Shown piece after piece: positions 50,754 to 63,510 of a stretch of 64,000 bases of DNA. Numbering within the stretch: the first letter of the stretch is position 1; each line of letters begins with the position of its first letter. The notes beneath the pieces are model-generated. The model saw only the letters and a program-made list of their open reading frames with translations. It made no database searches and was not told where the DNA came from. A program made the position numbers and the translations under genes. Source of the stretch: Marsupella aquatica (Eukaryota > Plantae > Marchantiophyta); the NCBI GenBank assembly GCA_973895155.1, contig OZ316899.1:14077934-14141933 (forward strand), read 5' to 3'.

Positions 50754-53700
50754 GGGTACTTCTTCAACGGAGACAAATATATCGGTTTCTGGGAAGCATT
50801 GCTTCGGCTTCCGGACAAGGTCTTCAATATCTCGGGTACGATCAACTTGCAATGACATCACTTCGACCACATCCCTACTCAGGTTCGGGCTATCATCAAC
50901 AACAAGTCCACCACTACCCATTCAACAAGGTCGTTTGCACTTGCTTCGGAGAACTTCTACCAGCACCTGAAGAGCTTCATGGGAACTAGACCCGCAACCA
51001 CCGGCGCCAACCCAGTGGACCCCATACCCGTACCCGTACCAATGCAGACTCAGGCTCAGGCTCAGCTTCAGGCTCAGCTTCAGTCTCAGCCTCAGCCTAG
51101 CCAACCCCCACCGCCGATCGCCCCGCCAGCAGTACAAGTACGCTCCATCATCAACGCTGTGGACCTTAGCGACGACGACGAGGCTACCCCACCCTTGCTC
51201 AGGCGGCTCAGAGGAGTAAACACTCAGGGGGCCGACACTACATCGTCCCCTCCCCATGCTCGGACCCAAGGAGCGGCTCCAGCAGACAACACGGTGACCG
51301 TGGCCGCCCCGGGACCAATACTAACGGCGGTAGTACTACCTATGCCCGATCGAGAGGATGGGGAGGTGTCACCTTCCCCGAGCCAGTCACGGGGGAAGAA
51401 GAGGAAGGAACCTGCCACTGCATCCGGGTTACCATTGGCCACGGTAGCCGTGGCCAAGGTAACAATGCACCGCATGGGGGAAAACATGCATAAGAACATC
51501 CTCCATCCCAAGCATGCGGTGTACCTGAAGACTCAGGGATTCGAGCACCTCGCCGCTCTGCCTTGGAACACTTGCAGGTACTACGGGGAGGACATGACAG
51601 AATTTGTCAAGAATTATGATGATACACGTCAGCATACTCGGCTGCGGGGAAGGAATATGTCCCTCACGGAAGAACGGCTCAAGATGATCTTTGGATTACC
51701 CGAAGGTGACCATCGAGTCGAATCACGGGCTCCCGGGGGCAAGGGAGCCAAGTACCAATCCTCAAGTTTTCCCTCGGAAGGAGCAGTGGACAACTGGTTT
51801 GTGATGAGGACCTGCCTCATCCCCGAGATAGCTGAGCGACTGGAGTTCCAGAGGTACGCCCTCCACATGATGGAACCCCGGGGGGAGATCTCCGCCGCCC
51901 AGGTTATCCAGGTCGAGAACTATCGACCTAGGAAGTGGGCGTCATACTTTGCTAAGAAATTCCATGAAGAGATGGAGCGGCGAAGGAAGACGCTGTACAT
52001 TGGCGGGAAGGCGTATTTCGCTAGCCACATCGAGATCATTCTTGAGTGGTATGCTCGGTTTGATCGATGAACCCTTCCCCGTGTCAACGTTACAAAGCTG
52101 GTCCCAGCTAGGTGGGTTTTTCCGGCCTTGGAGAGACGGCCCCAACCCGAGGCCCGAAGTCCAGCGGACACGCCAGCTTCACCCACCCCACCTCCACAAG
52201 TAGCTGTAGTCATAACCGAGGAGGTACCGGATGGGTTGGTTATCGCAACCGTTGATGCGATCCAACAGGCTGTGCTAAGTACAAAAGTCGGTACGGCGGA
52301 GGTCTTACCCGAGCCCGGGTCTCCCAAAGACCCATCGGTGGCTATTCTGGAGAACCGGACATTGCTGCAGGAGGACACTCCAGCCCCTTCCAACATTACG
52401 TCCCCAGGGCTGGACGTCACTGCCCCGGCCCCCGCGCGTGTTGACGTCTGCCCGTGCCCAACTCCGGACAGGCACAACCTGGACCACCCGGAACTCTTCG
52501 TACCGGGTACATTTCTGAACGGGCTTCTGGGAGATTTCTCTCATCAAATTGCCCGGGATACCGGGGAGTTCATGGCCCGGAAGGTAGCATGTTTCTTCAA
52601 TCAGGAGTTAGTTGCCGCAGTAAAGGCAGGTCGGGCCCAGTCAGAGGCCCTTCAGAGGATAGAGCGGTACCGGGTGGAGTCCGTCTACTTAAAGAACGAA
52701 GTTGCGGCTCAAGAGGCTAAGCTTCTGCAACTACGACCCAAGGTTGCAGCCGCCGATGATTTGTTAGCAAAGGCGCACGCCCTTACCGCCCTAGCCGAGC
52801 AGGCCAAAGCTGGGAACGAGGCCGAGATTGCACGACTCCGGAACCAGATTGACAGTTTGAAGAATCAAACTGTCATCTGGCAGAAGGACCTGGAGGAGGC
52901 CGAAGAACGGGCCCAGCGGGACACTACGGAGATAGCCACGCTGCAGGCCGAGGTGGCGCGGCTCCAAACCGAGGCCGAGAAGCAGGACCAGCTGGCGGGT
53001 AAACTGACGAGCGACGCCCAGCAGCTAGAGGAGGCATGTCAGGAGGCAGCAGAGGAGACGGATGCGGCGAGGCGAGAGAACGAATCTCTGCTGGACCAGG
53101 TCTAGCTCCTCAAGGCGGACAATGACAGGCTTCGAAGGCAGCGGGATGGCCGCTCCCATTCGGGCGGCTCTGGCAAGCGTGCCAGGCATTAGCAGCGGAG
53201 CAGGAATAGATTAGGATTAGGACTAGCTTAGTCAGGCTCTTGGGATAGGCACCTGCCTTAGGTACAGCAGCGTTGCCATGCTGTCCAGCCTGCGTAGATT
53301 AGGATCTTCTAATAAGACACAGCCGTTTTCTGGCCTGACTGTCAGCTTAGTTAGGACCTTAGTCAGCGAATCTTCGGCGAGAGGACACCCCGTCCCTCGG
53401 CCCTTAGTATTTAGTGCACCCCTCGGTAGAGGCAGGGGGGTTTTTAGTCTCAGAGTTGGACATCCGTGGTATGTGCGGGGAGTCCCGGCCTCTGGGAGTG
53501 AAAGAGTACCAAGGGGAGGGGGTAGGACTAAGCTCACCGGGCGAGTGCGGAGCCGGGCTCCATTGTAGTATACTCTCTCGGCCTTGAATCTGTTCATTCC
53601 GGAGCTATCAGGTCAACCAAGTGTACGCACATGTCCCCTATGTAGTAAAATCCTTTCCCATTATTTCCTTCGTGTAAATCGAGATTGTATGCTTGTGCGC

Positions 53701-54087
53701 GTGTATGTGTGTGTGAATCTCGTGTATAGGTGACAACGCCGGGCCGAACGCACTATCCGAATCATGCACGAGGTGCAGCTTGCGGGGATGTGGTTGCGAG
53801 CACGGGTTGAGGACCTGTATCATGGAATCCGGATCAAAGGCGGACAACACGAAGGCTTAGAAGTCCTTAAGCCGGGGTCGATCCTGTTATCGACTAAGGT
53901 ACGTTCCGGCGGCGGAACACAAACCATACCTAGGAGATGTCTGTATCTAACAGTAGGCGCACTTAGCGCTAGTTTACGTGAATTAGGTGCATTACGCGCT
54001 TCCCTCCCTGCCCGAACCCTCAGATTTACGAGGGATGTGCCCGTCTAAGTTGAAGTCTGAGTTAAGGCCGCAGCCGACGACGTGACA
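50754..54087 (+). mobile_element. Gypsy family C 5' LTR (5'-truncated) with LTR-encoded ORF ending at 53192
   Basis: Near-identical to 59748-62395 reversed; ends CGACGTGACA; ORF with in-frame stops at 52070 and 53105. Confidence 0.8.
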
Positions 54088-54099
54088 TAGCCTTTGTTT

Positions 54100-54118
54100 T
54101 GGCGCTAGATGGAGGGGG
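54100..54118 (+). promoter_or_regulatory. tRNA-Asn PBS of family C
   Basis: TGGCGCTAGATGGAGGGGG, identical to 44934-44952, 12 nt after the LTR end. Confidence 0.8.
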
Positions 54119-54210
54119 CACTCTACATATCGTAGAGGGGAGACATGTGCGTATTCACCTAGGCAAGATACATCAGGACGTAGTACTAACCATCGCATTT
54201 ATATGAGTAA

Positions 54211-54253
54211 ATGCCCATCACTCGTTCTCAAGCAGCTTACTTGAGGAGATTGA
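54211..54253 (+). pseudogene. Probable gag start of family C, interrupted
   Basis: ATG MPITRSQAAYLRRL ~90 nt after the PBS, cut by the terminus of LTR D; only 14 codons visible. Confidence 0.45.
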
Positions 54254-57200
54254 CGTGACAGGGGGTGCCATTGGTTCTCGTGGTTTGCGGGTGTTAGCTC
54301 GCCCGCTTGCCAAATCCTGCCAAACAGCAGCCGAGCTGCATTCAACCTCCCAAGGGAGCTTGCGTTGGGGAGGCAAGGCCAAGTAGGTATGGAGGCTGAG
54401 TCCCAAGGGCACTCGGTCCCTAGACCATCAGTGGGGCAAACCGGGAGCAGTTGTTAGAGTCGGGGCCGTTCTGGTCCCGGCGTGTTGAGACAAACTTGGG
54501 ACAAGCTTTAGGACAAGCTACGCTATTTGGGCCATGAGCATGTCCTAAGGTCAGGGCGGTCAGTTGGTGATGGATAGGTACGAGGGGAACCCGGGCTGCG
54601 CCCAAGGAAGGAGCTGTCCTGGACAGACAGTGGGCGTGGGTTCTGGTTCCGGCTTATGGCATCGGGAGGACCTATCGCTGACCTATTTACCAACGTCTGT
54701 TGAGCTTGAGTTAGGATGCTAGACTGGGAAAGTCCTAGATCCGGAGGGGTTACTTACCAAGATGCTTGGTTGTTTGTGCAGACAATGAGGACCGTTGAGT
54801 AGTGGTCGTGTAGGTGAGCAAGTGCGGCTTCGTATGGGAGTGGCCGCAGGAGGTGCTAGAGGCACTTGGATGCTTACTCGAGGTATTCCGTGGAGGCGTT
54901 CGGGCACCAAGGGCACTTAGTCGCAAGTGCTGGGATTGGTGAGGGCGCTGGGTGGCAAGGTCCACCATTGGGAGGCACGGAATGCACCTAACTCACATAA
55001 ACTAGCGCTAAGTGCGCCTATTGTCATATACGGACACCTCTTAGGTATGGTTTGTGTTCCGCCGCCGGAACGTACCTCAGTCAATAGCAGGATCAACCCC
55101 GGCTTATGGGCTTCTAAGCCTTTGTGTTGTCCGCCTTTGATCCGGATTTGATGGTATGGGTACTCAACCCGGGCTCGCAACCACTTACCCCGCAAGCTGC
55201 ACCCCGTGCACGACTTGGGTAGTGCGTTCGGCCAAGCGTTGGCACCTATACACGAGATTCACACATATACATACGCACAAGCATACAATCTCAATTTACA
55301 CGAAGGAAATAATGGGAAAGGATTTTACTAGATAAGAGACATAAGCGTACACTTAGTTGACCCAAAAGCTCTAGAATGAACAGGTCCGAGGCCAAGGGTG
55401 TACACTACAACGGAGCCCGGCTCCGCACTTGCCCAGCAAGCTTAGTCCTACACCCTCCCCTTGGTACTCTTTCACTCCCAGAGGTCGGGACTCCCCGCAC
55501 ATACCACGGATGTCCAACACTGAGACTAAAAATCCCCCTGCCTCTACCAAGGGGTGCACTAAATACTAAGGGCCGAGGAACAGAGTGCCCTCACGCCCGA
55601 AGATTTGCTAACTAAGATCCTAACTAAGGTGGCTGTCAGGCCGGAAAACGGCTTGTCTTATTAGAAGATCCTAATGTACGCAGGTTGTACAGCATGGCAG
55701 TGCTGCTTTAACTAGGGCAGGTGCTTGTCCCTATAGCCTAATTTAACTACTCCTACTCTATTTTAATCATACTCTGCCGCTAATGTCTAGCACGCTTGCC
55801 AGAGCCGCCTGAGTGGGAGCGGCTATCCCGCTGCCTTCTGAGCCCGTCGGCGTCCTGCTTGAGTAGCTGGACCTGGTCCAGCAGAGATTTGTTCTCCCGC
55901 TTTGCCGCATCTGCCTCTTTCGCGGCCTCCTGGCATGCCTCCTCCAGTTGTTGGATGTCGCTCGTCAGCTTATCCACCAACTAGGCCTGTTTCGTGACTT
56001 CTCCTTGAAGCCGCGCCACCTCTGCCTTCAGGGTGTCAATCTGGGCTGTGTCCCACTAAGACCTGGAGTCAGCTTCCTCCAGATCCTTTTGCCAACTGAC
56101 AGCTTGCCCCTTCAAACCATCAATCTTGGTCCGGAGCCGCGCGATCTCGACGTCCTTTCCGAGCCCGGCCTGTATTGCTAACGCTGCTTGGGCCCTAGCC
56201 TCGACAACCTGGTCCTCCGTGGCCGTTACCTGAGGCCGTAGTTGGTGGAGTTCAGCCTCCAGGGTTGCCACTTTGTCCTTCAAGTAGGCAGACTCAACCC
56301 GATATCGCTCTATTCTCTGCGTTGTCTCTGCCTGTGCATGTCCTGCCCTTACTACCGCAACCAACTCCTGGTTGAAGAAGTAGGCCACCCTCCGGGCCAT
56401 GTATTCCCCGGTGTCCCAAGAGATCTGTTGAAAGAAATCTCCCAACAACCCGTTCAAAAATGTGCCCGACACAAAGAGTTCCGGATGGTCTAGACTGTGA
56501 CCTTCTGGATTCGGGCACAAGCAGACTCCAACCCGTGCGGGTGTAGGAGTGGACACATCCAGCCCTTGAGGTAAGTTGGTCAAAGGGGCTGGTTCCACTG
56601 GAGGTGGGCGGTTTTCCTGCACCACCGCGGGGGGTGGCGGAATCCCCTTGGCTACCGTGGCATCTGCTTTGGGTACAGCTTCATCCGGCCCGGCTTTGAT
56701 TGCATTATCCCGATTGATCGCATGTAAGGTCGCGATAACGTCAATGGGTATGCCTGGCGGGGTGGCAGAGGCTGGTTGCGGTAGCAGGACTTGCAGCCGC
56801 CAGACTTTGGTCCTTGGGCTGCGGTCGCCTCACCTGGGCTGGGAACACCCATTTTGGCGGGGTCAGCTCGGGCTCGTTGAGATGCGGGAGGCTCTGGCGG
56901 TCGAAACGAGCATACAGCTCGATGATGATTTTGATGTGGCTAGCGAAGTACGCCCTTCCGCCAATGTACAAAGTCTTCCTTCTCCGCTCCATCTCCTCGT
57001 GGAACTTCTTGACGAAGAAGGACGCCCACTTCCTGGGCCGATATTTCTCCTCTGGGTTCCATCATGTGGAGGGCATACCGCTGGAACTCCAGGCGTTCTG
57101 CTACCTCCGGGATGAGGCACGTCCTCATTAAGAACCCATTGTCCACTACCCCCTCGGCCGTGAAGCTAGATGACTGGTATTTAGCTCCCTTGTCCCCAAG

Positions 57201-58841
57201 AGCCCGCGATTCTACCCAGTTTATCCCCTCGGGTAAGCCCAAAATCATCTTCAGACGTGCCTCATTGAGAAAAATCACTCTCCCATGCGCTCTGGTTTGT
57301 TGACGGGCCTTGTCAAAGTTCTAAATGAACTCCGTCATATCCTGCCCGTAGTACCTACTTCCATTCCAAGGGAGAGAGGCAAGGTGCTCAAACCCTTGGG
57401 TCTTCATATAGCATGTATGCTTGGGGTGGAGGATGTTCTTGTGAACGTTGTCCCCCATGCGATGCATGGTCAGCTTGGCTACCGCAACCGTGGCCAAAGG
57501 CAACCCGGATACGGCTGCGGGCTCCTTCATCTTCCTACCCCAAGACTGATTCCCGGGGTGACTAGAAGAGGGGGGCATCTCTCCATCCTTTCGGTCAGGT
57601 GGTGGTAGCGCGACTGCCGTGAGTATTGGTGCCGAGGCCGCTAGAGTTACTATGTTATCCCCTCGGGCTTGCTGGAGTGGTGCTGGGTTGTTCAGCGCTT
57701 GTTGAGTCGTACCCCGTGGCCGTCAATTCAGAGGAGGGTGAGCCTCCTCATCTTCGGAACTAATATTTACTGCATTCACCACGGATCGTACTCGGAGAGG
57801 CGTTGGGACCAGTGGTGGGGACCGGCTCGGCTGAGGCCGAGGAGGTGTAGGCGCGGGTACGGGCACGAGTTGGCCGGCGCTGGTCGTTGATGGTAGAGTT
57901 GCCATGAAGTTCTGCAGGTGCCGGTGGAGGTTCTCCGAAGCAAGTGAAGACGGCCTGGTTGACCGGGCAGTGTTGAACTCGCTATTGATGATAGCCCGGA
58001 CCCAAGTGGGGATGTGGTCAAAGTGGTGCCGATGCAAGTCAATCGTGCCCGGGATATTGAAGACCTCGTCCAAAAGCCAAAGCAATGCCTCCCAGAAGCC
58101 GATGTATTTGCCTCTGTCGAAGAAGTACCCTGATACTTCTTCGGGTCGGTAAAGCTTGCTTTGGGACGGGTAATCAAAGTTAAGGAGATAGTGGAGTCGT
58201 CCTGCTAGGCAGATGGCTCTCTTGTATTTGCGTTCGATCTTGTATTGGCGCGGGTTGGCGTGTTTCAATGAGTCGGCCAAGTGCCCTCCGATAGACAGGA
58301 ACCGAGTCCAGAATTGTATGGCCGAACTGGAAAGATCGTGTGCAACATTCAGAGGAGATAGCAGGTGACTAAGGAAAAGCGAGAGAGCCGGGGTTGAAGC
58401 TGGCGCGTGGACTAAAGAACTGGTGCACTGCAAAGGATCAACCCCCTTTTATACCCTGAGAGCTTGTCAACCGCCCGACGCCTCCTCGTCGCTTATAGGC
58501 CGAGCCTTTCACGCTCGCAGTGTACCGGCCCCTTTGCCGGTCCAGGTCAGCTTGTGTCAATGGCCGCCTCCCGGAGTTTGTTATACGGACCCGAGGGAGG
58601 GGGAAAGGGGGCCCATTACACGCTCGCAACCCGGGCGTGCAAATGGAAACCAGGGCGTGCAAATGGCAACCCGCCGCCAGCCCGAACATGAATTCCCCTT
58701 ATTGACTAATGATTTCCTACTCATAATAGCTACCTAAATATTGTCGTTATGCTAATAATAATGGCCTGAGATACCCCTAATGCGCGTGCTAAGCGCAGTT
58801 AGACAAAATCACTCATTACCCGCCGTACCGGCGGTGTCACA
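54254..58841 (-). mobile_element. Complete ~4.6-kb LTR of diverged subfamily D with a decayed internal ORF (~58350-55780)
   Basis: Minus strand begins TGTGACACCGCCGGTACGG and ends CCCTGTCACG; ORF fragments are homologous to the family C ORF; TATAAAAGGGG near 58445. Confidence 0.75.
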
Positions 58842-59747
58842 CCAGATCTTTCCCCACACAAACGTCCATCTGAATGCTCCTTGTCATCAGACGACCCGAT
58901 CTCCACATGCTTGCACACATCTCCCTCCGTGATGCTCTGGCCCCGCATCTCTGCTTCACTAGCACTCTGCCTACTGCGCGTCTCACTTTCGTTTGCACTC
59001 CTGGGTTTTTGAAGTAGATCCCTCATGGAATACCCACTGTGAAGGAGCAATCGCGTTACAGCCGTGCCACAGTAACAGGGATAACGTTTCATTCTTGGAA
59101 GCTTATCATCTGACAAATGCTTCCTCAACGCCACTATCTCACCCTTCAAGCAGTCCCAGACAAAATGAGCCCAATCTGGCTTCAAAGTTGGACATTCAAC
59201 ATCTTGGGCCCGAACCTCTCCCGGGATTGTACTCCACCAGGAAGCCCAATACACCCACATGTCCTTTCTGGTTACTTGGGTGGGCTTTGTTTTCCCAAGA
59301 AGTAGCTTGTTTACAACCTTCACAGGCTCCTGCCAAAGCTTGAACACATCCGATAGGGTATCCAAATTCCAAGGGTTTGTGTGGTTCTGAGGCACAATAA
59401 ACATGGCATCCAGTTGGTCGGACACCCATGAATTTCAAAAATGTCCAAATTGCCCATTGGGCAGATGGAATGCAGCTTGCACTATTTCTTTGTCAAATTT
59501 CAGCAATGCACCCCGGAACATGCAACTGTCAGTGTCTAGGTCAAATGCTTGGACAAATTCGGTAACTCCAACAATCGCCACCCGTGGCCATTCCAACTGA
59601 AATGCCTCGACCAGATTTCCTGCCACCAACAAATTGTGCGTTCCAGGCTCACATTGCAGGCTGGAACGTATTTTCCTTGGAGTCATCGATTTCCATATGG
59701 TGCGGGTGACCCCTGCAAAAAGATTCCCCGTTCCTTCAAAGACAGCT
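58842..59747 (-). pseudogene. Fragment of a further, divergent member (E) of the same LTR-ORF domain family
   Basis: AFQLEWPR..VTEFVQAFDLDT..FRG..FDKEIVQAAFHLPNG...PDWAHFVW; ORFs 59435-59686 and 58799-59425 are in frame. Confidence 0.65.
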
Positions 59748-62700
59748 CGGGGCGTCCTCCCGCCGAAGATTCGCTGACTAAGGTCCTAACTAAGCTGACA
59801 GTCAGGCCGGAAAACGGCTGTGTCTTATTAGAAGATCCTAATCTACGCAGGCTGGACAGCAGGGCAGCGCTGCTGTACCTAAGGCAGGTGCCTGTCCCAA
59901 GAGCCTGACTAAGCCAATCCTAATCCTAATCTATTCCTACTCCGCTGCTAATGCCTGGCACGCTTGCCAGAGCCGCCCGAATGGGAACGGCCATCCCGCT
60001 GCCTTCGAAGCCTGTCATTGTCCGCTTTGAGGAGCTGGACCTGGGCCAGCAGAGATTCGTTCTCTCGCCTCGCCGCGTCCGTCTCCTCTGTTGCCTCCTG
60101 ACATGCCTCCTCCAGCTGCTGGGCGTCGCTCGTCAGTTTACTCGCCAGCTGGTCCTGCTTCTCGGCCTCGGTTTGGAGCCGCGCCATCTCGGCCTGCAGC
60201 GTGGCTATCTCCGTCGCGTCCCGCTGGGCTCGCTCCTCGGCCTCCTCCAGGTCTTTCTACCAGGTGACAGCTTGTTTCTTCAAACTGTCAATCTGGTTCC
60301 GGAGTCGTGTAATCTCGGCCTCGTTCCCAGCTTTGGCCTGTTCGGCTAGGGCGGTAAGAGCGTACGCCTTTGCTAACAACTCATCGGCGGCTGCAACCTT
60401 GGGTCGTAGTTGCAGAAGCTCAGCCTCTTGAGCCGCCACTTCGTTCTTTAGGTACACGGACTCCACCCGGTACCGCTCTATCCTCTGAAGGGCCTCCGAC
60501 TGGGCCCGACCTGCCTTTACGGCGGCAACCAACTCCTGATTGAAGAAACAAGCTACCTTCCGGGCCATGAACTCCCCGGTATCCCGGGCAATTTGATGAG
60601 AGAAATCTCCCAGAAGCCTGTTCAGAAACGTACCCTATACGAAGAGTTCCGGGTGGTCCAAGTTGTGCCTGTCCGGATTTGGGCACGGGCAGACATCAAC
60701 ACGCGCAGGGGCCGGGGCAGTGACGTCCAGCCCTGGGGACATAACGTTGGAAGGGGCTGGAGTGTCCTCCTGCAACGATGTCCGGTTCTCCGGAATTGCC
60801 ACCGGCGGGTCCTTGGGAGACCCGGGTTCGGGTAAGACCTCTGTCGTACCAACTTCTGTACTTAGCCCGGCTAGTTGGGTTGCATCAACGGTTGCGACGA
60901 CCGACCCCTCCGGCGCCTCCTCGGTTACGATTACAACTATTTGTGGAGGTGGGGTGGGTGAAGCTGGCGTGTCCACTGGACTTCGGGCCTCGGGTTGGGG
61001 CCGTCTCTCCAATGCCGGAAAAACCCACCTAGCTGGGACCAGCCTTGTAACGTTGATGCGGGGAAGGGTTCGTCGATCAAACCGGGCGTACCACTCAAGA
61101 ATGATTTCGATATGGCTAGCGAAATACGCCTTCCCGCCAATGTACAGCGTCTTCCTTCGCCGCTCCATCTCTTCATGGAATTTCTTAGCGAAGTACGACG
61201 CCCATTTCCTAGGTCGATAGTTCTCGACCTGGATAACCTGGGCGGCGGAGATCTCCCCCCGGGGTTCCATCATGTGGAGAGCGTACCTCTGGAACTCCAG
61301 CCGCTCAGCTATCTCGGGCATGAGGCAGGTCCTCATCACGAACCCGTTGTCTACTGATCCCTCTGAGGGAAAACTTGAAGATTGGTACTTGGCCCCCTTG
61401 CCCCCGGGAGCCCGTGATTCGACTCGATGGTCACCTTCGGGTAACCCGAAGATCATCTTGAGCCGTTCTTCTGTGAGGGACATATTCCTTCCCCGCAGCC
61501 GAGTCTGTTGACGTACGTCGTCATAATTCTTGACGAATTCTGTCATGTCCTCCCCGTAGTACCTGCAAGTGTTCCAGGGGAGAGAGGTGAGGTGCTCAAA
61601 TCCCTGAGTCTTCAGGTACACCGCATGCTTGGGATGGAGGATGTTGCTATGAACGTTTTCCCCCATGCGGTGCATCGTCACCTTGGCTACGGCTACCGTG
61701 GCCAACGGTAACCCGGATGCAGTGGCGGATTCCTTCCTCTTCTTTCCCCGTGACTGACTCGGGGAAGGTGATACTTCCCCATCCTCCCGATCGGGCCTGG
61801 GGAGTGCCACTGCGGTTGGTAACGGGCCCGGGGTGGCCACGGTCACTATGTTGTCTGCTGGGGCCGCTCCTGGGGTCAGAGCAGGGGGTGGGGACGATAT
61901 AGTGTCGGCCCCCCGAGCGCTTGTTCCTCTGGGCCGCCTGGTCAAGGGTGGGGTAGCCTCGTCGTCATCGCTAAGATCCACAGCGTTGATGACGGAGCGT
62001 ACCTGTGCTGGCTGGGTGATAGGTGGTGGGGTTTGGCTAGGCTGCGGCTGAGGCTGAAGCTGAAGCTGAGGTTGAGGCTGAAGCTGAGGTTGCATGGGCA
62101 CGGGTACGGGTACGGGTACGGGTACGGGCCCGGCTGAGTTGGTCATGTTGGTTGATGGCCGAGTTCCCATGAAGCTCTGCAGGTGCTGGTAGAAGTTCTC
62201 CGAAGCGAGTGCGGACGCCCTTGTCGAACGGTTGGTACTGGACTCGCCATTAATGACAGCCCGAACCTGGGCAGGGATGTGGTCGAAGTGATGTCGCTGC
62301 AGGTCGATTGTACCCGGGATATTGAAGACCTCGTCCGGAAGCCGAAGCAATGCTTCCCAGAACCCGATATATTTGTCTCCGTTGAAGAAGTACCCAGATA
62401 CCTCAGCTGGTCGGTAAAGCTCGCTCTGAGATGGGTAGTCAAAGTTAAGGACGTAGTGGTGTCGTCCTGCTAGGTGGATGGCTCTCTCGTATTCGCGTTC
62501 GATCTCGTATCGGCGCGGGTTGGCATGTTTCAATGAATCGGCCAAGTGCCTTCCGGTAGATAGGAACTGCGTCCAGAATCGAATGGCCGAGCTGGAGAGG
62601 ATCGTGTGTGACATTCAGAGGAGATAGTAGTGGCGACCTAGAGAGAACGAGAGAGCTGGGGTCGAAGCTGGAGCGCGGACTGATGGACTGGTGCACTACA

Positions 62701-63080
62701 AAGGGTTGGCTCCCCTTTTATACTTTGAGGGCTTGTCGATCCCCGACGTCTCCTCGACGCCCATAGGTTGAACCGCTCACGCTTGTGGTGTACCGGCCAC
62801 TCCGCCGGTCTAAGTCAGCGTGCGTCAGTGGCCGCTTCCTTAAGTTCGTTATACGGACCTGAGGGAGGGGCCCCTCCACGCTCGTAACCCGGGTGTGCGA
62901 ATAGCGACCCGCCGCCAGCCCGAACCTGAAGTCCCCCTTATTGCCTAATGATGTCCTACCCCTAATGATTACCTAAATACTGTCGTTATGCTAATAATAG
63001 CGGCCTAAGACCCACCTAACGCGCGTGCCGAGCGCAGTTAGACTGAATCACTCATTAACCGCCGTACCGGCGGCGTCACA
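59748..63080 (-). mobile_element. Family C LTR, 3'-truncated
   Basis: Minus strand starts TGTGACGCCGCCGGTACGG at 63080; TATAAAAGGGG near 62715. Confidence 0.82.
59948..62614 (-). pseudogene. Family C LTR-encoded 888-codon protein (Transposase_32/PMD-like domain plus coiled coil), two in-frame stops
   Basis: ORFs 60635-62614, 60257-60568 and 59948-60187 are all in one frame; GFEHL..LPW..EFVKNYD..LRG..SLTEERLKMIFGLPEG. Confidence 0.8.
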
Positions 63081-63369
63081 CTTACTCACCGTCACTGATA
63101 TCCTCATCCTCTTGCGCGAGATCGATATTTGATCCTGGCGTCAAGGTAGTCATCCCTCCACAATGATGGTCGACTCCTTGCATGACAACGTCGATGGTCC
63201 CTCGACACGCCCCTCCTCAGTCCACAGCGTTCATCATCTGCATAGGGTGGTGAATCGATTGCCTCACGGCACCCCAACCCTAAAGTACCCCAAACATCCA
63301 AGCCAAAATACCCCGGTATCGACTCCTGGCTGCAGCAAATCTCAACACCAAAATACCCCAATCATCAAA

Positions 63370-63510
63370 GGACTTGAGGAGAGAAAATATGTCGAGAGGA
63401 CAGTAAAAAAAATTAGGGTGAGAAAAAAATGTCGTGGTGAGTTAAAGATGTCAAGGTAAGAAAAAGATGGCGAGAAGAGAAAAAGATGTGGAGGGTGGAG
63501 GCACAGATGG
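63370..63510. repeat. Degenerate ~19-bp minisatellite like 925-1170
   Basis: aaagatgtcaaggtaagaaaaagatggcgag-type units. Confidence 0.5.

Noticed and set aside
43237-61902. Many antisense or alternate-frame ORFs over the LTR ORFs
   Set aside because: Shadow ORFs of GC-rich coding sequence with no motifs.
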